A DNA stretch of 64,000 nucleotides from Azolla caroliniana (taxonomy: Eukaryota; Plantae; Polypodiophyta): NCBI GenBank assembly GCA_043228905.1, contig JBHGNT010000021.1:2604001-2668000 (forward strand), given 5' to 3'. Of the stretch, positions 52,844 to 63,780 are shown piece after piece. The translations under genes were made by a program, and so were the position numbers. Within the stretch, counting starts at the first letter, position 1. Every line of letters begins with the position of its first letter. The notes below the pieces were generated by a model. It had not been told where the DNA came from and ran no database searches. It saw nothing but the letters and a program-made list of their open reading frames with translations.

Positions 52844-52963
52844 TCTCTTCCATTTGCATATCATCACGCACACACATACCCATAAATTTACACACATTTT
52901 AAAGAATACAAACATTTTAACCTAAATTTGTCATTCCTATTAGATGTTAACTCTTCGGGCCGG

Positions 52964-53608
52964 TGTCGAGGTATTCCTCGCCGATGCGTGGAATGAGGCG
53001 GGGCCTCGGGGGTCTTGTACCGAAGAGCAAGAGACAAAGGAGAAGTGAAGAGACCCACTACATGCGAGCGTAGATTCACAGGGACACGGCCCTTCGACAC
53101 AAAGACGCGAGTGGGACGCCGACGCAGAGAGACACGAATGTAGGTATCTATATATTAACAAAGACAAACAACAAGAAGCACGAAGTCGGTTACAACCGAA
53201 CAGGCCGGCGAACAGATGCCGATGCCTGTTCGTAAACGCTCAGAAAGAAAGGAGTAGGTTGGAGGTGCTGCCGGAAGCACCCGGGCATTCCTCAGAGCAG
53301 CGCGAGCCTCCTGAAAACCTGCACAGAAAGAAGCTACGGAGTTTGGAAGAGAGAGGAGCCTTCGACCAACAACCCGACAACACTTCGTCCTCTCTATCCG
53401 CGATCCCCTTCCTCTTCCCCGTCTCCCTCCTTTTATAGGCAAGAAAGGAGCCGTTTCCCATTAACTTCCTACCTACCGAATCTACCTACCTAGGATCTTC
53501 TATGTACCTAATTCTCTCTTATGTACAACATAAGACGTACGTGCATGAAGAGCCGGTTCTTACGCTCCGGTGCACCGATTCCGCTTGTGGACGGTTTTCT
53601 TCACGACA
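52964..53608 (-). repeat. 3' LTR of the gypsy element
   Basis: Direct repeat of 59343-59983. Minus-strand TATAAAA at ~53431-53437. Confidence 0.95.
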
Positions 53609-53681
53609 TCCGCCCCCACCTAACCGCGCATCCACCGGCATGCGCCAAATTGAGTTGGGACGGAGAAAACCGGTCCAGCCT

Positions 53682-56600
53682 TCATTCCCCGCCCGTCGGT
53701 TCTTCCTCGGTTTCGGATCGTTCGTCGTCGCGGTCCAGGTTAACCGGATCCGGCTCGTCGTCGTGACGCTTCTTGAACGCTTTGATCCGTTTCCCAGCTA
53801 CCAGTATCGCCATTCTCGTGCCGTCGAGTTCCGCTAGATGGTACATCCCATTGTCGTTGGCGCTTTGTACCACGTAAGGCCCAAACCCCTTCTTGCGAAC
53901 TTCTGTGTCGCTCGGTGCTGGTTGTCGAGGCTGCTGTCGTAGACTAGCACCTAGTCGCCTTCCTCGATCTTCTTCGGTCGGAGCCGGTGCGTCCGGTCGA
54001 ACCGGGCTTTGTTCCTCGTCCTTGCCACCCGAAGCTTTCCCGCAGCCTGCTCCACGTCCTCCGGTCTTCGCTCGAGCTGTCGTATACGCGCCGCCAACAG
54101 TTCCTCCCGGCTCATCTCGTCTCTCCAGTCCACGGTTGCCCATGAGGAGATCGTACGTTCCATCGGCATGATCGGCTTCTGCCCAAACATGAGCTCTGCC
54201 AGCATGAATCCGGTTACCGAACTGTGCGTAGTTCGGTCAGCCCACAACGCGTAAGGCAACAGCCGCGGCCAGTTCCCGACTTGACCTTCGCATGCCCGAA
54301 CTAACGCCTTGACGATCGGTCCGTGTCCGCGCTCCACCTTTCCATTCGCCTCCGGATTGTACGCAGTGGTAAGCGAGAGCTTGACTCCTAGCCGGTCGAA
54401 CAGCTCCTCGGCCTCTTCGGCGTCCAACTCCCCGCGATCAGCCACGATCTTCCCGACGCACCCGTACCGGCATATCATGTCCTCGATCAGGAACCGACAT
54501 ACGGCCGCGGTCGTTTTGTTCTGAAGGGCTCGGCCTTCTACCTGGTTCGTCAGATCTTCCCGAGTCAGGACCAGATATCGCATCTGTCCTACTCCCATCG
54601 GCATCGTCACCAGGTCTACCATCCATTTGAAGTGGATGGTCGGAGGGTACGTAGGGTGAAGCTCGTCCCGATGTCGGACTACGGAGTGCATCTGACAGCT
54701 CTCGCAAGTCGTCACGAACCGATGCACGTCCCGGTACAGTCCCGGCCACCAGTACTTCCCCTTTATCTTCTCGAACGTGGCCCACGTTCCACAGTGTCCA
54801 GCCCAAGGGCTGTCGTGGTAGGCCGTCAGCAGCTCCTCCTGTTCTTCCTTCATCGCCACCACCCGGAGCGGGACGCCGTTCCTCTTCTTCGGGTGCTTCC
54901 ATAAGTATCCGTCCTGGAGAAAGAATCGGTAAGCTTTCTTCCGGATCCGGTTGGCCTCGTCCTTCGTCCATGACGCATCCGACGTCATTGTCCTAAAAAA
55001 TCCACCGATCTGGAGCCACTCGCCATCGTACCTGCTCTCGTCGAAGTCGTTAAGTGCCGGAGTGCTCGTCCCATTGGTCGTTACATACGCCGCCTCGAAG
55101 AAGTCCACGCCGACTTCTTCGTCCTCCGAAACCATGCCGCCCTCGTCATCAAACCTCGCCCTCGAAAGCATGTCGGCCATGGCGTTGTCTTTTCCGGAAA
55201 TGTGCCGTATTTCCGAGTCCCGGGACTTGATGTACGCTATCCACCGGAGCATCGCCAGGTCCGGTGTCGCGCATTCGGAAACCATGCCGAGAATCGGCAG
55301 GCAATCCGTCTCAATAACCATTTCTGTCCCGATCAGGTAGTCTTTGTCGGCCTTTACTGCCGAAACGATACCCCAGAGTTCGCGTTTAACCTAGGCGTAC
55401 CCTCGCTGTCGCTCACTGAGGACCTTCGCGCCGAATCGGATCGGGAACTGAATGCCGTCCTCGTCTTCTTGGTTGACGACCCATCCGATCCCGGACGGAC
55501 TCGTATCCACCGTTATGTATACCTGGGTACCCTTCTCGTAGACAGCCTTCCGGAGCGCCGGTGCTACCGCAAGAGCTTCCTTCAGCTTCCGGACCAACTC
55601 CGTGTGCTCGTCTCGCCACTCGAATTTTCGCCCCTTCTTCAGCAACCCGTATAGCGGCTCCGCAACGTGTGCGTAATGCGGAATCCATATGTGGTAGAAT
55701 GCGCATGCCCCCAGGAACCTCCGAACTTCCGTAACCGAGCTACAGTCGGTCTTCATTGCGGAGATGGCTTCTACCTTTGCCGGAGACGGCTTCCGGCCAT
55801 ATGGCCCACATAGGTGTCCGACCACCAGGATTTCTAATTGCCCGAAGGCCGATTTCTCCCCGGAGAAGGTGAGCCTCGCATCCTCTAGCCTTTGTAGCAC
55901 CTTCTCGCAGTCGTCGATGTGTGTTGCCACGAATCGCCGGCATCCGTCCGGCCCGAGTGTCGCGTCCTTCTCTTCCACCGGGCACCCCTTGATCGGGATG
56001 TCGTCTAGAAATGGCATGGTGATGTCCGGGATGCAATCCCTCAGTACCTTGTTCATTGCATTCACCATGTGGGCCACCGAGTTGGTCCCTCCTTGTGGCA
56101 GGGTACACATTCGCACTAGGCCGAGGGGAGTTCGCATCGTCGTAATGTCTCTGCTCTCCACGGCTAGCTGGAACTGGTCGTACCCCGAGTACAGATCACC
56201 GACCGAGTAAATCGACCTTCCGGCGAAGGCCTCCGCGAACTCGTCAATGGTCGGTCCGATTCCTGCGTTCCGAATGGTCACTCTGTTGACCGGCTGCAGG
56301 TCTTGAATGAAGCGCAATGTTCCGTTTTTCTTTGGTACGGTAAACCATCGGTTCGAGTATGGGGCACTCGACGGTTCGAGAATGCCCATATCGACTTTTT
56401 GGCTCAATAGCTCCATCAACTTCGGGATGTGAGCTCTCGGTACTGGAATCGGCTTGAGATTCCACGACACATGCGGTACTGTGAATATCACCATCGGCTC
56501 CACGATTGTCGGTTCTACGCACCCGATCTCTTCCGGTGAGAATGCGAAGGCTTTCCCGTGCCTTCCGAGCATTCTCCGAAACTGGTCTTCCTCCGCCGGC

Positions 56601-57183
56601 AGTAAGAACCCGCCCCCACCGATTTTGAGCTCCCGGAGCGTCCTGTCGGTGAAGGTGTGTCCTATGCAGACCAAATCTCGTAAGCTGGGGTCCGATGCAA
56701 CCTCTCTGATTCGGGACTCGCTGCTCTTCGGTAAGGGTGCCGCGACTGGCCTTACCTTCCGGTCCACAGTCTTGTACTTCGTGCTAACTCGAGCCGTCCG
56801 ATCCGACCGGAGCGCCTGACTGAAGTTCGCGATGACTTCGTACATCTCTTCGGAACATACCGGTATCGTCCGGTCTTCGTTAAGGTCTTCTCCGGCTACC
56901 TTCCTTAGCATCCCCAAGGTGTCGTCGAAGGAGACCGCCTCCACGGCTCCGCTGATTTCCTCGTCCGTGCCGAGAACTCCGCACGCTCGAAGTCGTACTT
57001 CCGCCCTTGCCTTTTCTCGGCCAACGATGCCGACTATCATACACCCTCTGTTGTTGGAGAAGCAAAAATTTCCACCTACCGTACAAGGTTTCTTCGGTTT
57101 CGTTTCTATCGTACAGCTGTGGGGTCTTTCCCGAGTGTCCGGACTGTCTCTGCCCCACGCCTTGGCAGCCCTCTCTAAAAATC
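53682..57183 (-). pseudogene. Gypsy pol: RT, RNase H, integrase (in-frame stops at 55391 and 53951, late frameshift)
   Basis: RT DLYSGYDQ, LPQGGTNS, FLDD. RNase H ITVDTS and IETDC. Integrase zinc site (H..H..C..C: YHDSPWAGH..CESC) and core VDLV, ADRGE, NGKVER, followed by a GPY motif. Confidence 0.9.
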
Positions 57184-59299
57184 CTCCCGGTTCTCGCCAC
57201 CGAGGGATTCGCGGTTTCGCTCGTGGTTCGGTCGCACCGTCAGAAATTGGACCGAATGGCGCCCGTCCTGGCTTTTGACCCTCGCGTAGGCCGAACCGTT
57301 GTCTAGCACCTTGGTCTCCATCCGTGCCGCCGTGATGTACGGTTCCCCTAATATGACCGGGTGCGAGGACGTCTCCTGTACGAAGAAGTGCTGGTCAATC
57401 TCGACGTCGCCGATCTTGACTCGCACGTTTGGGCAGGCTCCGTGCAGTTCCTCGGTGGCGCGCGTCGCCGCCCGTATCTTCCACCCGTGCTTGGTGTTGA
57501 TCGGCCACTTTCCCTTCTTATAGAAGTCCATGGACATCAGGTTTATTTCCGAACCGTGGTCCACCAGTGCCACCACCGGTTCCTGAACATCTCCGATCTT
57601 TACCGGGGTCTTCGTGGTCGCTCGGGCCTAGTGTGGCCTCGAATAGTGGCTCGCCGCCCACTCATCTTCCAGCGCCAAGTCGTCGATGTGCGTCGTCCGC
57701 ACCTCCACCGGTCTTTTCGGTTCCGTCTCCGTCGACAGCCTCTTCCGCTTCACCAAGTCCACAATGGAGTCGTGGAACTCCTTCTTAGCGATCCCTAGCA
57801 CCTCCCGTAATGACAGCTCCACTTTGCTGTCGAGGATCCGTTCCTCTAGGACCTTTCGTAGGTCCGTGGTCCTTTCTATTTCCGTCCCCAATCGGTATCC
57901 GCCCTTCCTGGGGTTATCTTGCGCGCTGGACCCACCGGCTTCGTTCCGTCGTTGCCCGAATCGGGTCTCGTATCGTTGTGAGGGCCCGGCCGCTCCAGCT
58001 TTCCCCACTCGTTTGTCCTCTACCAGAGCCTCGTAGTTCCTGCAAGCGGCTTCTACGAAGCCCGTCTTCTCCTCGACCAGGTCGCTCCACCCGGTTACTT
58101 CCCGGACCCGTCTCTCAGCGCGGTCTGCTTCATCTTTCCTCAGCCGTGCGCCGGCGAGGCCTTCCAGCATTGCTGATCAGAATCCGTCTTTGCTCTCCTT
58201 TCGGGCCTCGCTACCCCCCCCGAATACCGGCCGACGCCGAGTAGTGGATGGCCTCCACGTGTCAGGCCGCTGCCTCTTCCATCAGTCTCTTCATACCTCC
58301 TCGTCCGTCGTTTCGGTTTAGGGCCCTTCTGCTATCGCCGGCGTGCACCCGGCCTTCCCACAGGTACACCACTCGGTTCCTCAACGCCTCTGCGAAATTG
58401 CCGCAGTCCTTCCGAATGTGGCCGACCTCGTCGCACCACATGCACCTGTTCCCTGCTGCCGGCCGCTGGTCACGAGCCGGTTCGCCGCCTTCCCTTCGAG
58501 TCTGGGCGATCTGGAGATCCTTTATCGCCCGCGTCAACTCCTCCAGCGCTGCTCCTCCGGACGAGCCATTGACCATGCCGGTCGAAGCCGAACCGGTTTC
58601 GAGCCACTCCCGGGTCTCTTCCCTTCGCCCTTGCGGTGCCGGTTCAAGCCTCCTTGCTGTGACAGAGCCCGCACCAGCCGCCCCGTTGTCAGCCCATTCT
58701 CGCCGTTTGTCGAAACGGCCACAGACTCTCTTAACCGCAGCCCAGTCGGTCGTCAGCCCGTCTTCGGTTTCCAGCAAGGAGCCGACTTGATCCCGGTCCC
58801 GCTCGTCCACCGACTTGACGAACAGTAGGACCCGGCTCGTATCTAGAACGGTTCGGTCAAGCGCCGAAAGTCGCGCAAAGCGTTCTTCAAACTCCTGGAG
58901 GAGTGTCGACGCGTTTCTTCCCTTGCCGGGGGACTCCACCCATTCCATGAAGTCTCGTTTCGAAAGCCGGAGCGCATCGTCCAACCCGTATTTTTCTAGG
59001 AGTCGGCCTTCGAACTCCTCCCAGGTACGGCTCTCCGCCCGTACCTCGAGCACCTCCGCATGGATGCTCGGCATCGCCACTCGAGGGAACCCGGCGAGAC
59101 GCCTCTCTTCCGAAATGTCCTGCATCAGCATTTCTGCCCCGTAGGACGCCAAATACTTCGTGGCATCCTTTCCGCTGAACCGGCCGATCGTACCGACGAC
59201 CACCTCAATGGCTCTGTCGAGGGCGCCGGTGCCCTCGCGTGCGCTCAATATCCGATCCACGGCCGAAGCCATGGCCTCCGCAAGATCCGACCCCTTCAT
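57175..59299 (-). pseudogene. Gypsy gag-protease ORF (stops at 58262, ~58176 and 57628; 1-nt indel in a G-run at ~58215)
   Basis: Gag with zinc knuckle CMWCDEVGHIRKDC; aspartic protease ALVDHGSEIN...VILGEPY; ends ...REDF*. Confidence 0.85.
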
Positions 59300-59321
59300 C
59301 TTTTGCTCTTCTGCCGCCTCC

Positions 59322-59339
59322 TTCACGTCGGGTTCACCA
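59322..59339 (-). other. Primer-binding site complementary to the 3' end of tRNA-Trp
   Basis: Plus strand TTCACGTCGGGTTCACCA matches the recalled 3' 18 nt of plant cytosolic tRNA-Trp(CCA), including CCA. It lies 3 nt from the 5' LTR. Confidence 0.85.
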
Positions 59340-59342
59340 AGA

Positions 59343-59983
59343 TGTCAAGGTATTCATCGCGGATGCGTGGAATGAGGCAGGGCGTCGGGGGTCTGTATCG
59401 AAGAGCAAGAGACAAAGGAGAAGTGAAGAGACCCACTACGTGCGAGCGTAGATTCACAGGGACACGGCCCTTCGACACAAAGACACGAGTGGGACGCCGA
59501 CGCAGAGAGACACGAATGTAGGTATCTATATATTAACAAAGACAAACAAGAAGCACGAAGTCGGTTACAACCGAACAGGCCGGCGAACAGATGCCGATGC
59601 CTGTTCGTAAACGCTCAGAAAGAAAGGAGTAGGTTGGAGGTGCTGCCGGAAGCACCCGGGCATTCCTCAGAGCAGCGCGAGCCTCCTGAAAACCTGCACA
59701 GAAAGAAGCTACGGAGTTTGGAAGAGAGAGGAGCCTTCGGCCGACAACCCGACAGCACTTCGTCCTCTCTATCCACGATCCCCTTCCTCTTCCCCGTCTC
59801 CCTCCTTTTATAGGCAAGAAAGGAGCCGTTTCCCATTAACTTCCTACCTACCGAATCTACCTACCTAGGATCTTCTATGTACCTAATTCTCTCTTATGTA
59901 CAACATAAGACGTACGTGCATGAAGAGCCGGTTCTTACGCTCCGGTGCACCGATTCCGCTTGTGGACGGTTTTCTTCACGACA
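59343..59983 (-). repeat. 5' LTR of the gypsy element
   Basis: Direct repeat of 52964-53608, adjacent to the PBS. Confidence 0.95.
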
Positions 59984-61284
59984 CCGGACAATGGCCTAAC
60001 ACAGGGTGTCTACGGGAGACACTTCACCAAAGGGTGTTACGGCAACCGGATTAGACTTCAACGCTTAATCCGACTTAATTAAGTTACTTATTAGGATCGT
60101 CTTTCATAACACACGCGTAAGATATAACAATTAAGACAGAACGACAATTAACACAGAGAGATAATAACGCTTAAGCTTTCATTAATTAACCGCTGACTAT
60201 TACATTGTATCCGGGCCTTTAAATAGGTTTCCGGTCTGTATTACAAAACGGTGCCATCCGCACCTGTTCGGGATCAGTCCGGATCCGGAATGGCATACCG
60301 TTTCCGGTCCGTCCGTTCACACTCATAGCTTAATTACAACCACATTCCTACTACTTAATTAACTCTCCGTTTCCCACTCTGGACTCCTTTGTCGGCCGGT
60401 AACATTAGACTTTCAAACATAAAACCAAGGACAATTATTATACTTACCATTTTTGTTATTATAGAATGCTTGAATAAGTTAATATTAAAATTGTACCTTT
60501 AGATCAAGATTAGTAGAGGCATAGAGAGATAACCTTCCTCCTTGGAATAAATATTGTTGATAATGAAAGTAAAAACTTAGCCGAAAACATTTAATAAAAA
60601 CTCTAGATATAGTTTTTTTGAGAATGTTGCTAGATAATTAACAAAATCTTAGTGAAAAAGAAAGTAACCAATTTATCTAAAAATATAGCCTGAAAATATA
60701 TACTAGAAAGTATAGTAGAGAGCGGCTTTAGTTGGCTTCTATGAGAAAACCCAGTCCACAAAAACATACGTGGGTGTGGGTGTGTGCAACATCATGTAGG
60801 TCCTTTATCCACCTCTATTTTTGACACCTTGATAGATTTGCCAATACCTATCTATTAGTTATAGCACAATGTCTCATTTGAATATACACACTTTATCTCA
60901 CATCGTATTGAGGTGTACCCTCATGAGGCTATACCTATAGTTTTAGATCTTCCTACATGACCAATGACATGTACATGTGAGGGTCACACTACAGATATAT
61001 GTACAAAATTTAAGAGTCCCCTTTATTGGCACGTAATACATGGGTTCCATAATCCAACAATTTTTTGTATGACCATGTCGATTTATTTTATATTTATTAG
61101 ATTCCTCGCCAACACATATATGTAAGATAAAATGTCAGGTCATTTTTATTGTTTGTATTATTGTTGTACCTTAATGGTCATCCATTTCAAATATTAGCCT
61201 ATGTACTAACGTTCAAAGTTGCATTACTTTATTAGATGCCACTCTCTGGTCATACCCACAAGCCTGTGTGTGTGTGTTGGAGGG

Positions 61285-61360
61285 GGGGGAGGTCAAATAT
61301 GACCTATGAGACCAAAAATATAACATTTCACATGATACATGTGAAAGTGAGTAGCAACTC

Positions 61361-61400
<40 letters not shown>

Positions 61401-63780
61401 ATGAGACAATTCTCTTTACTGGAGCAAGTGGAAATTCTTTCCCCGATGGAGTGTTCGTCTTGCTTGTTGGCAATTCAACATGTTCCACTACCCATGTAAT
61501 TACTGGGTGACCATACTCTATTGTGACACCTAATGCAAGTAATGTTTTTCACACACATTTATTAATATAATTGTGTGTTTTCACCAGAATGAGAGAGAGA
61601 GAGATTCTATTATTGTATTCGGGAGGTCAAGTATGACTTATGAGACCAAAAATATTACATTTCACGTAATACATGTAAAAGTGAGTTGTGAATCTCGATG
61701 TTCAAGAACTTTACCAATGATTGTTGCAATCGAGAGTGCACATTATGGTCGTGAGAGAAATTCATGCAAGGATTAAGCTTGGTCGAAGATATGTAGAAAG
61801 CTTTTCTATATCATACGCACACAACATATAACCTTGTCATAGATTCTGGAAAATGTTTTTAGACACTTTCAAACTCTTTCCAAGTACATTTCGAGATGCT
61901 ACCACCCCATACTTCCACCTCATAGGGAAGCTCTATCTCTAAATGGTTGAAAAAGTATTTCTTGAGGACCCAACACTTAATATCTCCATGGTTGCATGTG
62001 TTCTCAAATGCATAATATGCTCTTTTTCTCGACTCTTAGCGATGTGTAACACATTCATTCCATCTATGATTTGATGGAACTTCAAGGCCAATATATTTGA
62101 AGCTTTCCACATATTGAAAAGATAGATAAATAGATTTTATTGCTATCTTCGGAGGTAAAATATGACCTATTAGACCAAAAATATTACATTCACGTGATAC
62201 ATGTGAAAGTGAGTAGTGACTCTCGATGTTCAAGAACTTACCGATAAATGTTACAATTGAGAGTGCACCTTGTGGTTGTGAGAGAAATTTGTGCAAGGAT
62301 TGAGCTTGGTCGAAGATGTGTAGAAAGATCGAATATGATCAAAGTTTGAGCATTATATCAAAGTGTGATACTTTGGCTCTCAAACTTGTTTATGGCTAAG
62401 TGTGCATAGTCGACCACTCTCATCACTTGTGCCCCCAACCGCCTCACATCGCAATGCATGTAAGCTAAGTCGCATGGAAGCATTGGTACGAATGGAAGAC
62501 AACGAGATGGGCTCTAACATGGATCAATGTGTATGGTTTCCCCATTCTACGAGGAATATGGTTTTGTAGTTGGGTGCAACATGTGTAGTATCATGTGTAA
62601 AGTGTGAGCGTCCACATTTTTCTTATGTCATGATACATTGGCATTGCAAAAGGCCTCATTTATAGAGGAATCTAGTGATGCATCATGAAGCAAGTGTGTT
62701 ACATCTTATCCACCAAACCATTTTTCTATATCTTGTATCCAACCGGAACACGAATTTTGCTTTTATGTGCCTTTTGGATCTTTTTGCTTGCTTCCCATGA
62801 GATTCTAGGAAGTTGATGTGAGGAACTTTTTTGAACCTTAAGCATGTATTCAATAACCCTTTGCATGGCCATGATCTTGATGGGAAGTGATCCTGTCTCA
62901 AGGAGGAGGATGGTGTATGGCGTTTGTGAGAAAATGTTTTTGAACATTTTCAAACTCTTTCCAAATAGATTTAGGGATGCTACCACCCCATACTTCCACC
63001 CTATAGAGAAGCATTGAGGTCACCAAAGTGTTGAAATGGTACTTGAGGACCCAACACTTAATATCTTCATGATTGCATGTGTCCTCAAATGCATAATATA
63101 CTCTCTTTCTTGCCTCTAAATGGCGTGTAGCACATTCATTCCATCTCTTATTTGAAGGAACTTCAAGGCCAAAATATTTGAAGCTTTCCATGCATTCAAG
63201 TGGCTCATTATTGTACATAATGCATGGCTTATGGTTTTTTTTTGCTCTTCACAAGCATAATCTTTGTTTTAGAGCTATTGACACTTAATTTAGTATGCAT
63301 GCAAAATTTTCCGATGTCGTCATAAGCTTTTGTGCATCTCCTAAAGTATTTGTAAAAAGCACTACATCATCTACATATAGCAAAAGCATAATGACAACAT
63401 TCCCAATGGCAACTTTTTCAACACCATCCTTTACAAATTTGGCAACCATTTCTTCCAAATCATTAATGCATAGACCAAGTACAGTTTGTGAGAGTGGCCA
63501 TCCTTACTTAACACCAATAGTGCTATTGAAAAAATCTAAAAGTCTATCACTCATACGCACACAACATATAACCTTGTCATAGATTCTGGAAATCACAACT
63601 CAAGTTCTTCCATTCGCCTCCAAAGATGCTCATGAGGTACCATATCAAAAGCTTTCTTAAAGTCTATGAAGAAGCAATATAAACCTCTAAGGCGACTTTC
63701 CTCCATTAATACTCTAAGGGTGACATGGTGATCAATGGTGTTATGGTGTTTCGAAAGCCAACTTGTCCATAACCTCCCTT
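61285..63780 (-). mobile_element. Cluster of rearranged RTE/CR1-like LINE fragments
   Basis: Minus-strand RT C-terminal peptides ESFKYIGLEVPSNHRW and ESFKYFGLEVPSNKRW, plus GVK*GWPLS and YVDDV traces. The segment atatgacctatgagaccaaaaatat.acatt.cac.tgatacatgtgaaagtgagt recurs at ~61297, 61632 and 62160. Confidence 0.7.

Larger units (their letters stand above)
52964..59983 (-). mobile_element. Full-length GC-rich Ty3/gypsy LTR retrotransposon (non-chromovirus), mildly degenerate
   Basis: LTRs 52964-53608 and 59343-59983 (TGTC...GACA). 4-bp TSD CCGG (52960-52963, 59984-59987). tRNA-Trp PBS 59322-59339. Purine-rich tract ~53609-53625. Domain order gag(CCHC)-PR-RT-RH-INT; no chromodomain visible. 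Confidence 0.96.
52945..60404. mobile_element. Solo LTR (~436 bp; 52945-52963 plus 59988-60404) split by the nested gypsy element
   Basis: Termini TGTTA...TAACA, flanked by a perfect 5-bp TSD TTAGA (52940-52944 and 60405-60409). Confidence 0.85.

Noticed and set aside
58200-58265. Frame change between gag and the downstream gag-PR segment as a second recoding site
   Set aside because: It falls in a G homopolymer between two probable C>T stops, so a private indel or sequencing error is more likely.
59322-59339. tRNA-Trp gene
   Set aside because: Only the 3' 18 nt with CCA are present beside an LTR, so it is a primer-binding site.
53500-59520. Many overlapping plus-strand and alternative-frame ORFs within the gypsy element
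   Set aside because: Expected shadow ORFs in GC-rich coding sequence, with no recognisable domains.
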